DNA of 63,992 nt, the filler included, from Platydemus manokwari (taxonomy: Eukaryota): NCBI GenBank assembly GCA_037951405.1. It is 6 parts of 6 records of this genome, joined end to end, with 100 filler letters (N's around TTAATTAATTAA, not from the genome) between each part and the next. Parts side by side here need not be neighbours in the genome. Positions count along the whole stretch, not along the records: positions 10,074 to 20,217 come from JBBMOY011163991.1; positions 20,318 to 29,619 come from JBBMOY011269429.1; 4 more parts are not named here. One strand, given 5' to 3'. The translations under genes were made by a program, and so were the position numbers. Positions 14,131-27,500 of this stretch are shown here, piece after piece. Positions within the stretch are counted from its first letter, which is position 1. Every line of letters starts with the position of its first letter. The notes beneath the pieces are model-generated. The model did not search any database. It saw nothing but the letters and a program-made list of their open reading frames with translations, and was not told the origin of the DNA.

Positions 14131-15989
14131 ATTATAGAAATTCTCCTGAATTCCTCATCTGACATTTTGATCGCAATGACCAATGAAATTTGGTATGACG
14201 TAAATATTTATATCAAACATTGATACATCACCACGTACTAATCCCAAATAATTCATCCCATCGATTTAGTCAACAATGAAAACAGATTTCGGTTGTTACA
14301 GAAAGATATATAATCCACATACAATGTTGATATTCTGTTCTCGATTTGCTTTCCCTTTATTATTAAATTATCAAATTAAATCAATAAAATTCTCGATATT
14401 TTATCTGTGGCATCTTGGAAATTTAATAGTCTTTTTAATCTTTGATGAAGATTATTGAGTTGAGACATTATTCTACATTTTTATTGTAAACTAAAATTTG
14501 TAATAATATTGTTTCCCTCCCACCCAATATAAGAAGATATTTTAGCTTTAGAATAAATGCTGAAGAAAAATTTTTGTAATTTATCGATTTTTAATATTGA
14601 GTTGATTGCCTTCGTATGTGGTCTGTCGTATAAGTGAATTCATTCCAATTCCTTAATGGTCAATCTATGCCGTGGTGACTTTAGCTGTGATTTGATTACA
14701 AATCAATTATATTGTTTCCTTTTCGACTTTCAGCATATCCGTGTTTTTACATAAACTTTGTCAATATTTCACTTTGGATTTGGAATAGTTTGTGTTTAAA
14801 ACAATTCCACTAAATTATCAAGTGCTGTTTTGATGTTTTGTTTGTATAATGTTTTTGCTCGCTACTCTATACGGTAAAATACTATAGTAGTTATAATGTC
14901 GATAATTGAAACTATTCTTGTCCACTTGCTATTTTTAATTTCATCTTAATTAAGCCACATCTGTTCGGATGAATAATTTTTTCGATTTGGTCTAATTAGT
15001 GTATCAGAAATTATTTATGAAATAAATTTTGTCTGACATATAATTAGACAGTTTTTGATAAACAGTGATGGATTTTAGAAAAATTCCGAAAAAGCAAGTA
15101 ATTTTTGAAATCAAAGTTTTCTCCTGTTATGAGAAAATTCAATTTTGGTTCATTTCTGGTTATTGAAAACTGTAATTATTTTGGGTTTTTGTCAAGAGAT
15201 TTGAATATGATTTTAAAATTTTGAGAAATAGATAGATAAATAAGAAGGACCAAGATGCGAGGAGCATTCTTGATAGAATTTTTGATTATTTTACATTCAT
15301 CACAGCACAAATAAAACTGCAACCCTGCCACCGGAATTAAAGAAACACTACTTGAATGACTGATTGAGTCCACAAATGTAAGTTACAGCTTGCAGATATA
15401 AAATAAATAAAATTTTAGTGCAATTCTAAAATATATCAAAGGAAATGTTGATAAATAAGATTGATTCAGTTCTTTATTATAAGAATCAAGATTATACGAA
15501 ACTAGTCTGAGTAAATTAAGGGAAAATCTTTATTTTTGTCATTATAAAATAACATAGCACAGTGGATTTATTTCTAGAAAAATAGCCAGAAATTTTAGAA
15601 AAGTTTTATTAAAAAAATTAAGGAAGAAATAACATCAAAAACATTTTAGAATACTTTGTTTGGAATACGATAGAAACAATATGATTTCATTAAAATTGAG
15701 AACTACATGAACAATTTTGAAACAGATTTCAAACTTTATAAAATTCTATAAATATTTAAAGAATGAAGTGCTTTTATCGCTTGATAATTTCCGTTTCTCA
15801 ATTTCTAGACTTAATTTAGAAAACTCAAATGCTTAGACAACTGGTTTAGACAAATTGTAGAGAATTTGATAGATTTAATTTGATACTATAATGACAAAAT
15901 GAAAATAAATCTTGGGAAGAATATTGAAATTATATTTCAATTATTTATTAAATATCTAACATTCTAAATTTTGTTGAATTGTTGATTAA

Positions 15990-16250
15990 ATTGTGCAGAA
16001 AAATTCCATTAAACTATGGAAATTCAGAAAAATATTATTTACTTTCAAAATAGTTAGAAAATATTTCATAAAAAATTAATATGAATAATAAAACTAAAAT
16101 TGATTGTTCCACTAATATAGACTGATATGTAGTGAGAGTTTTAATTGAAAAATATTACTGAGAAATCGGTGTGACAATGAAATGAAACAAATTACTAAGA
16201 GAATTTCTAAACTTGTAATTGGAAGTTGATTTTATTGATGTTATCATATT
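15990..16250 (+). repeat. Copy 2 of the inverted repeat pair (partner 13805-14130)
   Basis: Collinear similarity to the reverse complement of 13805-14130 over more than 250 bp. Confidence 0.85.
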
Positions 16251-16749
16251 AAAATATTTTCCCATTCTATAATTGCTTCACGTTCCACTGAAATTCGAAA
16301 ATAAAAATTATTTTTATGTTTATTCTATCTTTATCGAATTTCGTTTATTTAGAACATATAAATGGGGACTAGTTTTTTTATCCATAAGAATGTTAAATGA
16401 GAAACTTTTAAAAAGTTAATTGGGATAAAATTACAAGCTTAACTGAAGTCGAATCTGAAATGAAAAATAAATTTTCGAAGGAACTATATTAAAATAGTAA
16501 ATTAGAAATTAGAAATGCCAGCAGTTTAAACCCACCAAATAAATAATCAATAATAAAATGAATAATAAAATAATCTAAATATCCTGGAACTATATCCGAA
16601 GTATACTCAAAGTAAATAAATTATTTGAATAAATTGAAAGGCTCAGAAAGGCTTAATATCGAAATCAATTTACTCAGAATTTAAAAAAGAGCAAAAAAAT
16701 TTAAAATTGAATTTGTAGATAGTCAATTTTAGAACATTATACCATGGTA

Positions 16750-18110
16750 ATTAACTTATCAAGTCAATGAACCTGTACATTGGCACGATTTTGCCTTTTC
16801 TCTAGGACTCACACCAAACCATCATTAGATAATTTTTCAATGTCATATTTTAATGGAAGATATACCCTATAATAATTATTATGTTTTACAGGTCAAGAAC
16901 CTCGTTTTCAAGTGGTTTCAATATTTCATTTATTCAAAGATCTTTATGTTTTGGGTTATTCACAGGCTTACAAATTTAGATCCGCTTTCAAACACAATGC
17001 CACTAAGTAGTTGAATAACGATATATGCGTTGCAAGGTTTTTCTGAAGAGGTTTCTTATATGAATTTTTGAAATCGCTATTCAATTAGGCCAATGAAAAA
17101 GCAGCATTTCAGACACTAATAAACACTATTCTAACGAAGTTTGTATACAAGACTTTTGCAGAGTAGGTAATGTGTTTTAAAGTCTGAGAAAACAAACCTG
17201 CAGATATAAGCGTCTAAATCTGAATAGGCTGAAGAAGTTCATTGCATGTATAATGAGATATAATCAAGAATAATAGAATCCAATACATTTGAAGTGGAGG
17301 AGATTGAGGAATACTTAACACTAAGGACGTTAAAAAAACTTAAATTTTCCATGAAATAACTGGTTGTTATACAATATTTTATAACTACTACTCTGAAATT
17401 TTGGCCCATATTTATTATTCCATGAAAGCAGAGTCCAAGAGATTCTAAAAAGTCAGGCAATTGGAAGAATATGTGGGAGAGCCAACATAGAATACATCGA
17501 GTTATTCTCAGGATTATTAGAAACAGTTTGCAAATAAAAAAGAAGTTTTGTGTAAAGAGGAAAAATGACTTTTGATGAGAATTTAGCTGTAAAATCAATG
17601 ATGATCTTTATAAAATATGGTGATGATCATTCTCAACACTAAACAAATTTTGTTGTAAGTCAAATTCTAAGGCATAACATATCAGTGCATATTACATATT
17701 ACTAAAGTATTACTCAGCATTCACAGGGGTAAACGCTAAAACGACTCATTAAATTGCAGATAATACTACAAAATGACAAGCTAGTCAGAAAATTAACTGT
17801 GAAAATCCTTGTTAGTCAAATGCTGAAACAGGATTAGCAGATACATCAAGAAAGTTACATTACATTATAAAACCATTCAAAAGACCGCTCAATGAACTAT
17901 AAGTGAGAGACAACTTTGTAGTGGAATTTGGTTCAATACAAATTCAAATTTAACAGCCTCAGAGATAAACAAGGCAATCAAAGATTTTTAAGATAATAAT
18001 TAGCCTCTTTTATATAGCCGTGCCAAATTATGAAGGAATCATTTGGTGAAAACAGAAATTACCCCAGGGTGCGGATCAAACAAAACCATATCGAGAATCA
18101 CAGTACAGAG
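16750..18110 (+). mobile_element. Decayed non-LTR retrotransposon RT region
   Basis: KSGNWKNMWESQHRIHRVILRIIRNSL near 17450-17530 resembles RT domains 1-2 (NWRPI..LYK...IL..RL); heavily disrupted. Confidence 0.45.
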
Positions 18111-18319
18111 TGTTGGGAAAAATAAGTAGAAAACACGTGTTCATAAACAAATTAAGCTATAAACATAACAAATTTAATTTGGGTGTAAATGAAAATTTTA
18201 TTGAATTTTTAAGTAAAATATATAAATTAAAGTGTGTTCAGCTATCATTAAATATAAAATAATAAGTTAAGTATTTCTAGATAATATCCTTAATAAAGTT
18301 TTGAATTGCGATTATATTA

Positions 18320-19110
18320 TAAGCATAATTAAGACAATGAACAAGATAACGGTTATGATTGGATGTTGCTTTTAAATCAGTATATCATCGGTATAAGAAT
18401 AATTATGATATTGATTTCAATGAAATCTTTTCCGATAAATACATTGAATTTAGATTAACCATCAAACACACTGCAAAATAAAATAAAAACAAAATTTGAA
18501 AAATCTCAACACAAAATCTCTTTGACGTACATCTCGTTATTCGTTTAGATTCATTTGATGATAGATTTTGTTTTACTTTTTATGATATTTTCAAGTTTCT
18601 TCAGTCGTTCAATCAATTCAACATAATATTGCTTGTTAGACACATCATCGTCGATTGATAATTTCCGACTGAACACATTTCGAAAGCATGGAAATAATAA
18701 TGACATTTTAGTAAATTTTCTTTCCTAACACTGAACGAAAAATTGGATTGAAAAAAATGTTGTAACAAATCACCTATGAAATTGGCATGGAAATAGCGTG
18801 ATCAGATATATTTATAGTTGTGCTTACAGCATCAATACTATTGATCATACATTTGTTTCACAGAGATTGTGAGTTTATTTGGCAAACTGGTGATAAATCT
18901 AAGCTTTCAATTTGTTTGCTATTAAAAGGACATGATCCATGTATAATGAGGAGTGTTCTAATAAAATCAATATAAATCTTGTGTCGACAATAAGAAAATG
19001 TGTCGAAATTATTTTCATTGATTGATGGCCAGTATATTGGATAAATTATTAATATCGGATGTTTTCCCATGGGGTTATGCTTTGCAACGAATGTCTTGAT
19101 TGTTTCTCAC
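18320..19110 (-). pseudogene. Degenerate RING-TRAF-MATH-like gene
   Basis: Minus strand shows FRHIF, then TLLIIHGSCPFNSKQIESLDLSPVCQINSQSL*NKCM (RING end and link to the zinc finger), a coiled-coil VELIERLKKLENIIK, and after a ttttgcag acceptor CLMVNLN...GKDFIEINII...DDILI (MATH-like). Stops and frameshifts throughout. Confidence 0.55.
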
Positions 19111-20217
19111 ACAAAATACTGTCAGTTAATTAAATATTTAACATTTTTAATTTAGTCGAATTGGTTTGGATTGTTTCATCTTGATTCTCGAAATAATAAA
19201 AACCAGTAGCCACATCTCATAAAGATGTTTGAAATTCATCGGTAAATCAACATTTAATATATTATAGCAGATTGGCTAGCTTTTTGTGGGTTTGTATGTA
19301 GAAATTAAATGTTGTAAAAATGTAAAATCTTCAACCGGTACATTTCAAATACATTATTTCTTAATACATAATAATCGTTGATTGATTGTGTTGTAAAATT
19401 CAGTGAATTCAGACTCATTGACATTAAATAAGTCCCGAAATTAATTATAATCGACAGTGTTCACTATCTTAATAAAGGATAAAATGACGTTAGATTGATA
19501 ACTTTCGAATTGACTTTCCATTTCCTTTCTAAAATCATTACTGTCTTTTTTGACTTTGACAATAGATTACTGTCAATATTTTTCCGTAGAAAAGACACGG
19601 GGACTCAGCAGATTTATAATTAATATTGTTTATAATATTATAAATACATTATTCACAAATTTTATGTATGCAATTAATTTTGACAGGATTACCATCGTTG
19701 ATGTTATATTCATAGGAACGCAAAACAATAAATAACAAAGCTCATGTATAATTAATTATTTATAAATTATTTAAATAATGTTTTTATAATATTATCAAAT
19801 GTTGAAAATTTAAAACATGTTATTTTTTAATTTTAAAATTTAAAATACTCAACAAGCAAATATGGATGAAAATGAGTAAATAACAATTTCAAAGTTTCTT
19901 AAAAATTATGTCAGTAATATTTAAACAAAATTTACAAAACAAAGCAGTTTAATTTTGATCATAGACGGGTCTGAAAATATTGATATGTTAAATTTTAATT
20001 TATTTTTATCTAAATGAAATTTATTTAAAAGTTATTTTTAAAGATATTTATAATAATAATATTATAATAATCTTAATAGTTATAATAATCTTATTTGATT
20101 GGTTTTTAAATGTAAAAATATTGTGATAAACGATAGAGAGTAAATAAAATATCCACAGTAGTTAATAAATATAAAATCATCAATCAATCCATAATAAAAA
20201 TTTGTGATCATTATTTT

Positions 20218-20317
20218 NNNNNNNNNNNNNNNNNNNNNNNNNNNNNNNNNNNNNNNNNNNNTTAATTAATTAANNNNNNNNNNNNNNNNNNNNNNNNNNN
20301 NNNNNNNNNNNNNNNNN
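20218..20317. other. Artificial contig spacer N44-TTAATTAATTAA-N44
   Basis: Same 100-nt linker. Confidence 0.97.
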
Positions 20318-21825
20318 GACAAATGGTAAACTCGATGTTACACATCCTAAAATAATGGTATATTATTATTATTATTATTGTTCTATTGACATCATTATTA
20401 GTATAATAAAATCGATATTTCAATTTACTGACAAATTATAATTTTCTGCCTACACTAACTATAATCATTGACTTGAACACTGATTCTGCTTTATTAGTAT
20501 GCATGACTAATAATCTTGACAAGAAACTTGTAACTGAAATAATGATTCTAAGATTCGCTTTGATCGACTAGACTAAAGATGACATTGATCAATTGTTTGG
20601 AATGAATGTGCTATCACAATAATATCATCATGTGCTATATCGATGCGGTTATTGAATCATGTGATATATTTTTATATGATATACATTACAGATCACGGTT
20701 CATTACCAAGTAGTGATTAATGATTTTATTGGATTTGATTATTCAATTGAACAATAAAACTGACCTTCACAGGTTATTCTTGTGCAGCTTGTAAACGATC
20801 TTAAATGAAAAAGAAAATATAATCTTTTCAATTTAATAGATATTATCTATTGAAAATTGATTTATTTATCGAATAAATAATGTGCTCAGTTGTTTTACCA
20901 ATATCGAAATCGTGGCACTTTAAAGAGAGAATCGTGTTGAATTCACCGTTGGTAAAAAGTTACTCTTTCCATTTTAAAATCACGTATTTTTCTTTACATT
21001 TCTGAATAATTTTTCACTCATTAACTTGTGTTTTTTCTTTATATATTAACGTGTTTTGTTCACTTTAAACGCACGCTATGAAGGTCATTTAATGGGTCTA
21101 TCCAAGTAGTTCTATAGAATGAAGATTCGATACATTGATTATAAATTAATTGTTTATATATTGTTGTCAAACATTTATTGATCTTTCAAAACGAAGATGG
21201 ATCAAAACTTGTGTTCGAGATTATCTATACCATCTGTGATGGATATTTGATTGTCGAATTAATTTTCTACTTTTATCAGATCAGATTGTTGATATTCAAA
21301 TAGATGAAAGAAATCAAATATAAATATATAATTATAATTATATTTATTATTAACACCATTATTATTACTTCAACACAATGATAATAATAATTATTATTAT
21401 TATTATTATTATTATTATAAATATTACTATGCAAATACCACACCCATCAATCTGTGGAATGCATTCTAATTAAATCACATTATGCTGCTACTTGTTTCGT
21501 ATTTGCCAGTAGTATCGATTGGTATGAATCATTCGACTTTCTAATCGCATCTGGAAAAGTGAATTCACAATATTTTATTCAAGAAAAAATTATTTTGTTT
21601 TTTATTTATTTCATTAATTTCATTTTTATCAAATGAAAATTTATCTATTTATATAAGCACATGACCAATATATGAATCAATTGTAATTGTATCGAGAAAA
21701 CCATTAAGTTTCCAAAATTTGTAAACAGATCTTTATCTATTTTTCATTGATTTATAAATTCGTGTTTATTCTTGAATGTCGACTTTTCAATTCTTCTTCA
21801 ACTTTGAAACGGAAGTCAAATTTTA

Positions 21826-21959
21826 NNNNNNNNNNNNNNNNNNNNNNNNNNNNNNNNNNNNNNNNNNNNNNNNNNNNNNNNNNNNNNNNNNNNNNNNNNN
21901 NNNNNNNNNNNNNNNNNNNNNNNNNNNNNNNNNNNNNNNNNNNNNNNNNNNNNNNNNNN
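21826..21959. other. Within-scaffold N gap (no linker)
   Basis: 134 N without the TTAATTAATTAA core, abutting an (ATT)n tract. Confidence 0.9.
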
Positions 21960-22105
21960 ATTATAATAATTGTTATTATTATTATTATCATTATTATTAT
22001 TACTATTATTATTATTATTACTATTATTATCTCTATTATTATTGCTATTATTATTACTGTTATTGCTATTATAATAAATATTATTATTATTGCTATTATT
22101 ATTAT
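21960..22105. repeat. Degenerate (ATT)n microsatellite
   Basis: Produces the poly-I and poly-Y spurious ORFs in the ORF track. Confidence 0.9.
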
Positions 22106-22764
22106 TTCGAGATTTATACTAAAATGAAAGATGAAAATCTTATTAAATAATTTGTACATGGTAGCGAATTTTCATTCGAATCTACTAGTTTACGAATTAT
22201 AAGATTTGTATTTGAAGTTCTATTTATAACTGATTAGTTAAAATGTGCCTTTTTATGTGTCATCAAATTTTCATGACCAAAACTGTAGAAGTAGAGAGAA
22301 CGCTCTAGTAGTAGATTAAAGTTAATATTGATTTTGTCTATACTCGTAGTTGAGATCACTATAAAAAACCTAAGAAAAGGAAATGTGACGAATAATTTGA
22401 TGTGAATTTGTATCATATCGTGATTAGAAGAAGCGATTGTGGCACTCGATAGGATTCAATTTGAGTGATATTCAATAAACGAACCCCTTAATCTTTATGA
22501 TGACAATAATAATAATGATTATTATTTTTATACAAATAATAACAACGATAAGAATAATAACAATAATAATAACAACTGTAATAATAGTTATAGTAATAGT
22601 AATACGTACTCATATTCATTAAAGACATATAATTCATACATAATAATGAATTGTCTAAACCAGTAACATCTAAAACGTCAAAAATTCCCTCCTCGATTAT
22701 TTGATGAAAGTCTGTCTGATGACAGTGTGTATTATATTGTTTTGACTGAAAATTATTCAAAAAT

Positions 22765-23115
22765 AAGGAGAAAGATGTTGAGACTATATAGAGAATATAT
22801 AAAGAAGATGTAGAGAAGATATAGAGAAAATGTAGAGACGACATAAAGTAGATTTTGAGAATATATAATAAAGATAAAAGAATTAGAGATTTTTATCTAG
22901 ATAAATATGTAGATTATTCGATAAATGACAATTAGGATGTGAGAATATTGAAATTGAATTAAATTTTCGAAGATTTAATTATATATAAAATTTTATTTTA
23001 TATAAAATTATATTAATTTGTTAATATATAATTGTATTTGAATACGTAATTTGATGTCATTATTTTTCAGTTCGTTTTCGATGGGTATTTTATAAAATAG
23101 TAGCGGCTTACATTA
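22765..23115 (+). repeat. Dispersed repeat family copy A
   Basis: Purine-rich gaagat-type head, then aaattatattaatttg...ttttcagttcgttttcgatg...ttttataaaatagtagcggcttaca. Confidence 0.85.
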
Positions 23116-23694
23116 TTAATATTTATTTATCTTTAATTCATGATTTCTTACAATGGATTTTATTTATTGAAAATTCTATTTAATCTAAACAAACATAAGG
23201 CTAAAACACAGTGTATTTGATAAAAATAATGAAATTATTAGTGAAAATTCTTGTCTCACAGATCAAGAATAAAGATATTCAGACTCACATGGATTTCCGA
23301 GACTCGTTTACTTGGCCCAAAAATACAAAAAATTATCAACTATTTCAATCGAAAATAAAACATATTCACTATGAAATTCTTTCACTTAATATTTTCGTAT
23401 TTCCTTTCCAAACTTTCTCATTTTATTTTCACTTAGTCTTTATTTTTAAAATGTATGGCATAATCTTCAATAATCCATGAAACTTGTTTCAAAGGAAATC
23501 ATCTTCTCTGTTTGGAAATATTCAATTATAATATCGATCCGTTGAATAAATCACTTGCAGTTGGAATAAAAAGCTTATCAACCCCCGGTGATGTGTGTGT
23601 GTGATGGTTTATTGGATTATTTATTGCTAACTTAGATCGCGATCTATCGAGTTGAGACTGAATATGAATACTTGGATTACAATAATAATAATAA

Positions 23695-23832
23695 TTGTGA
23701 AAATATTAAAATTTAATTTAATTTTTGAAGATTTAATATTATATAAAATTATATTAATTTGTTTATATAAATGTGTGTAAATACATAATTTAGTGTTGTT
23801 TCTTTTCAGTTCGTTTTCGATGTGTGTTTTAT
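23695..23832 (+). repeat. Dispersed repeat family copy B (partial)
   Basis: aaattatattaatttgtttatata...ttttcagttcgttttcgatgtgtgttttat, preceded by (AAT)n. Confidence 0.85.
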
Positions 23833-23892
23833 GGGGACCACAAATATGGATTCGATTCTGGGAAAATCAATGACTGTAAATTATGAAAAAGA

Positions 23893-24240
23893 AAGAGAAA
23901 GATGTTGAAGCTACATAGATAATATGTAAAGAAGATGTAAATTAGATATGGAGCTAGATATATGTTGAGAAGAATTAGAGAAGATATAAAGAAGATAGAA
24001 GAAAAAGAGATTTTTATGTAGATTAATATTTAGAGTATTCAATACTCAATGTCAATTAAAACTATAAAGTAAATCAAAGATTTTAAAGGAAGGAATTAAA
24101 TTTTTGAACATTTAATTTTATATAAAATTATATTAATTTGTTTATATAATTGTATATTGTACTTAAATGCACAATTTAGTGTCGTATCTTTTCAGTTCGC
24201 TTTCGATGCGTGTTTTATAAAATAGTAGCGGCTTACAATA
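23893..24240 (+). repeat. Dispersed repeat family copy C
   Basis: gaaagatgttgaagctacatag head and ttttcagttcgctttcgatgcgtgttttataaaatagtagcggcttaca tail match copy A. Confidence 0.85.
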
Positions 24241-24585
24241 ATATTAATAAAATCAATAATATTCATCAAAATATTTTAATAAGACACTGTCAATTGATTA
24301 CTTGGTTTGGTATAATAATAATAATCGATGAAAAATCCTGACTTCGTTGAGATATTTTGCTCTGTCACGTCATTCTTGGACAAATAATGAGTGAAAAAAT
24401 TTTCCGAGTAATTTGAAGTGTCTTATTATTCACGGTCTGAAAAACAAGAGAACTGAGCATGAAATTCCAAATTTACTGATGAAATATATCCCGCGATAAA
24501 TGTAGATATTTATATGTTGGGCAGAGCGAATCCTATTTTTTATTGAATTATATACATTTTATTGTCTAAAGTTAATTTTTTATAG

Positions 24586-27500
24586 GTGATTCCTTCGATA
24601 TCATTGAGTCCAATCGAACGAGATACTATCAATGAAGATTCGATTGGTGATTATACAGTCCAAACTGGTACACCACAAAAGAATGTCGTTTATTCTCGCG
24701 ACGATAGAAATACCTTGTAAGAAAATTTATATTTTTTTATAAGCTAAGTTGAAGGGTTTAAATTCTTGTCTGCTGATATCGAATAAATTCAAGGTCTATA
24801 TATCGATTTAATTCAATTTATCTATTTCCATATTTCATATTAAAACGGTGTTGATGGATACAAATCGACCGATCTGATGACATAAAAAATCAATAAACAC
24901 CTTATATATTTCAAATATTTACACTTTTCAGATATTTTAAATAAAATTTAATAAAACTAAACGCGAGATACTTTTTAGAATATTGTAGTTATTTAAGAGC
25001 TTCGATCGGTACTTTTTTCTTTATTTTATTTACTCTTAAGGTCTGGTCTTTCACCGGTGTCTCTACGAAAAAAACTTTCTGAGATATTTTCAAATACCCT
25101 GCAATTTTAAATAATTTTAACTACTAATATTAATCATTGTCACAAGATCACTATCACACATATCGTACCCTTCATTTTCGCTTATTTATTTCTATTATTG
25201 TCACGGTAGTATCGGTTCGAATTCTTTGTTCATACGGGCTCCCTTTGATATAAAAAATATCGATGTGTTACAATTGTTATTATTCAAAATCAATATCATT
25301 AGATCGATAGATATATTTATTTTAGAGAATTATTTTCCTTCAGACAATTAATTTAATTAATGTTATTCCCTTCGATTCGATTCTCTCGACTATCACTGAT
25401 GAGAGAATAATTATAAACCCTGAAAAATTAATTAACTTCATCAATAACATTGTCATGATTATTTCTGCGTATTTTATGGAGTTTGATATCTATAATATAT
25501 GCTAATTAATAGAGTTGTTCTTTCAGATATTAAATTTTTAATTTTTCTATTAAATAATTCGAGAAAAAATGTTACGAATTGATTCCATTATCAAGTGATA
25601 AATATTTGTTTAATACAGAATTTATTTCGTTTTCATTTTCTATTGTAGAAGTGTCATGGTATTAATGACAAATTAACACATACCACCATGAAAATTTAAA
25701 AATTTTATTTCACTGCTGTTATCCCAAAACTTGACTGTGGAAATATATTGTATTTCTCAGAACTTTCATTCGGATTTTATTTGAATTTTCTATGGTCATT
25801 GAGATTATTCTAATGTTATACCAGGAAATACATCGTTGTTTTTGATATTATTCATTTATTCATGACAGTATTCGACATCAGTTTTAAAAAATATTTCTAT
25901 ATTACTTTAATGATTCACGATTGTCGAGTATGTAAGTTTAAAATTGAAGTTTCAATGGAAGAATGCATTTATACTATTTTCGTAACTTATTTATTAATGG
26001 TAATGGATCAAACATTTTTAAAACAAATTTCAAATATTTTCCAGAGAGCTTTCATTACTAATCTTCATCAGACATGTGTATTATTTAAAATTACTTAAAG
26101 GTAAATTTTTAATAATTTAATGAAATTTCAAAATATTTTTTAATTTTTTTAATTATTAAATCATTAAAATTATTTATTTACATTTTTTAATTAAATTATT
26201 ATTAAATTATTTTTGAATTATTTTTGAATTAGTTCATTTAAATTTTCCTCAACGAATACAAGCATAAAGGTTGCATTTTGCGTTAACATTTTTTCTCATC
26301 CAAAGTATCCAATAGATTTGATCTTGTTCCTAAATTCTAAAATATCAAATGCCATAAGAAAATAAATATCGAGTAAACAATCAATTATTTCTTGTCCATT
26401 AAACTTAATGATCAGCGAACATCACATTCATGACTATCTTTTGATGCACGACCTAAAATTAATCCTAGGTTTTTAGAAAATATCCAGAGTTTTTTGTGCC
26501 CATGAATTTATTATAGGCATTGCAAACATGATAATGATATGATATTATTACCGATGATTTATTAAGACCGTGCTTTATTGGTAGATCTAATCGATGTTTA
26601 CAATCGATTCCAACGTTTCAATTATATATATAGAAAATAAGTGTTTAGGATCACATAAGAATTTCTATCTTAAAATTATATGTACAACGATAACGAGAAC
26701 TGAAACATGTATTAAATTAGGAATCCATGAAATGTGCAGGTTTTGTTTTTGATGTTCTGTAGTGTGGAATTGCTGATGAATTGTTAATGTGTTGAAAATT
26801 GAAAAAATCAATTGGGAAATTTTGTTTCATCACTTGATCGATCAATAATTTTTAAAACTGTACCAAATGTAATGAGAGATGTCTTTCGTGTAACAAGTGA
26901 TCGTATTTCATTCGTCAATGACTTAATGACTATCTTCCTAGAATATTAATTAGAATTACTTCTTGACATTGTTCTTGTGTAGTGGTTTGTAAAATATAAC
27001 ATTTATGAAAAACTGAAGTTTTGTTTTAATTTATATTGAAGTTTTAATTTTCAATTAATACATTAAAACAAACACTGATTAAATACACGTTAATCAGATT
27101 TCGTGTGGTGATATTGTGAGCCAGGTGCTTCCTATTAATCGTTAAATCCACTGACCCAACACCGTGGAAATTTATGTTATTATTATTTTTTTGTTTATAT
27201 TCACAGAAGAAAAAAAATATCAATCATTTTTCTATTATCGAATTTTAATGTCATTTTTTAATTGCTATTGGAAATGTAATTCAAATTTTGTGTTTCAGAA
27301 AAAAAAATCTTCATTTTTTAAACAAATAATAATGATTCATGTGAAAACAGTTTTGTTTTTATTAGAGTAATTACGGTTGTAATGAATTTGATTGTATTTT
27401 GAAAAATAATTATTTGTAAAACAAAGGTTTTTAATCAATAAGTATTGTTTTACATTTGATTCGAGTTAGCATTTTGCAGTGATAAACGGAAACACTAGAA

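Noticed and set aside
13700-14320. Ion-channel-like fragments (LFSLLT..., VITLIFYSSELVKL) on the minus strand
   Set aside because: Needs several frameshifts and there are no introns; the similarity is too weak to call by eye.
21747-22844. Poly-Ile and poly-Tyr ORFs (also 40995-41195)
   Set aside because: Translations of (ATT)n/(AAT)n microsatellites and N gaps.
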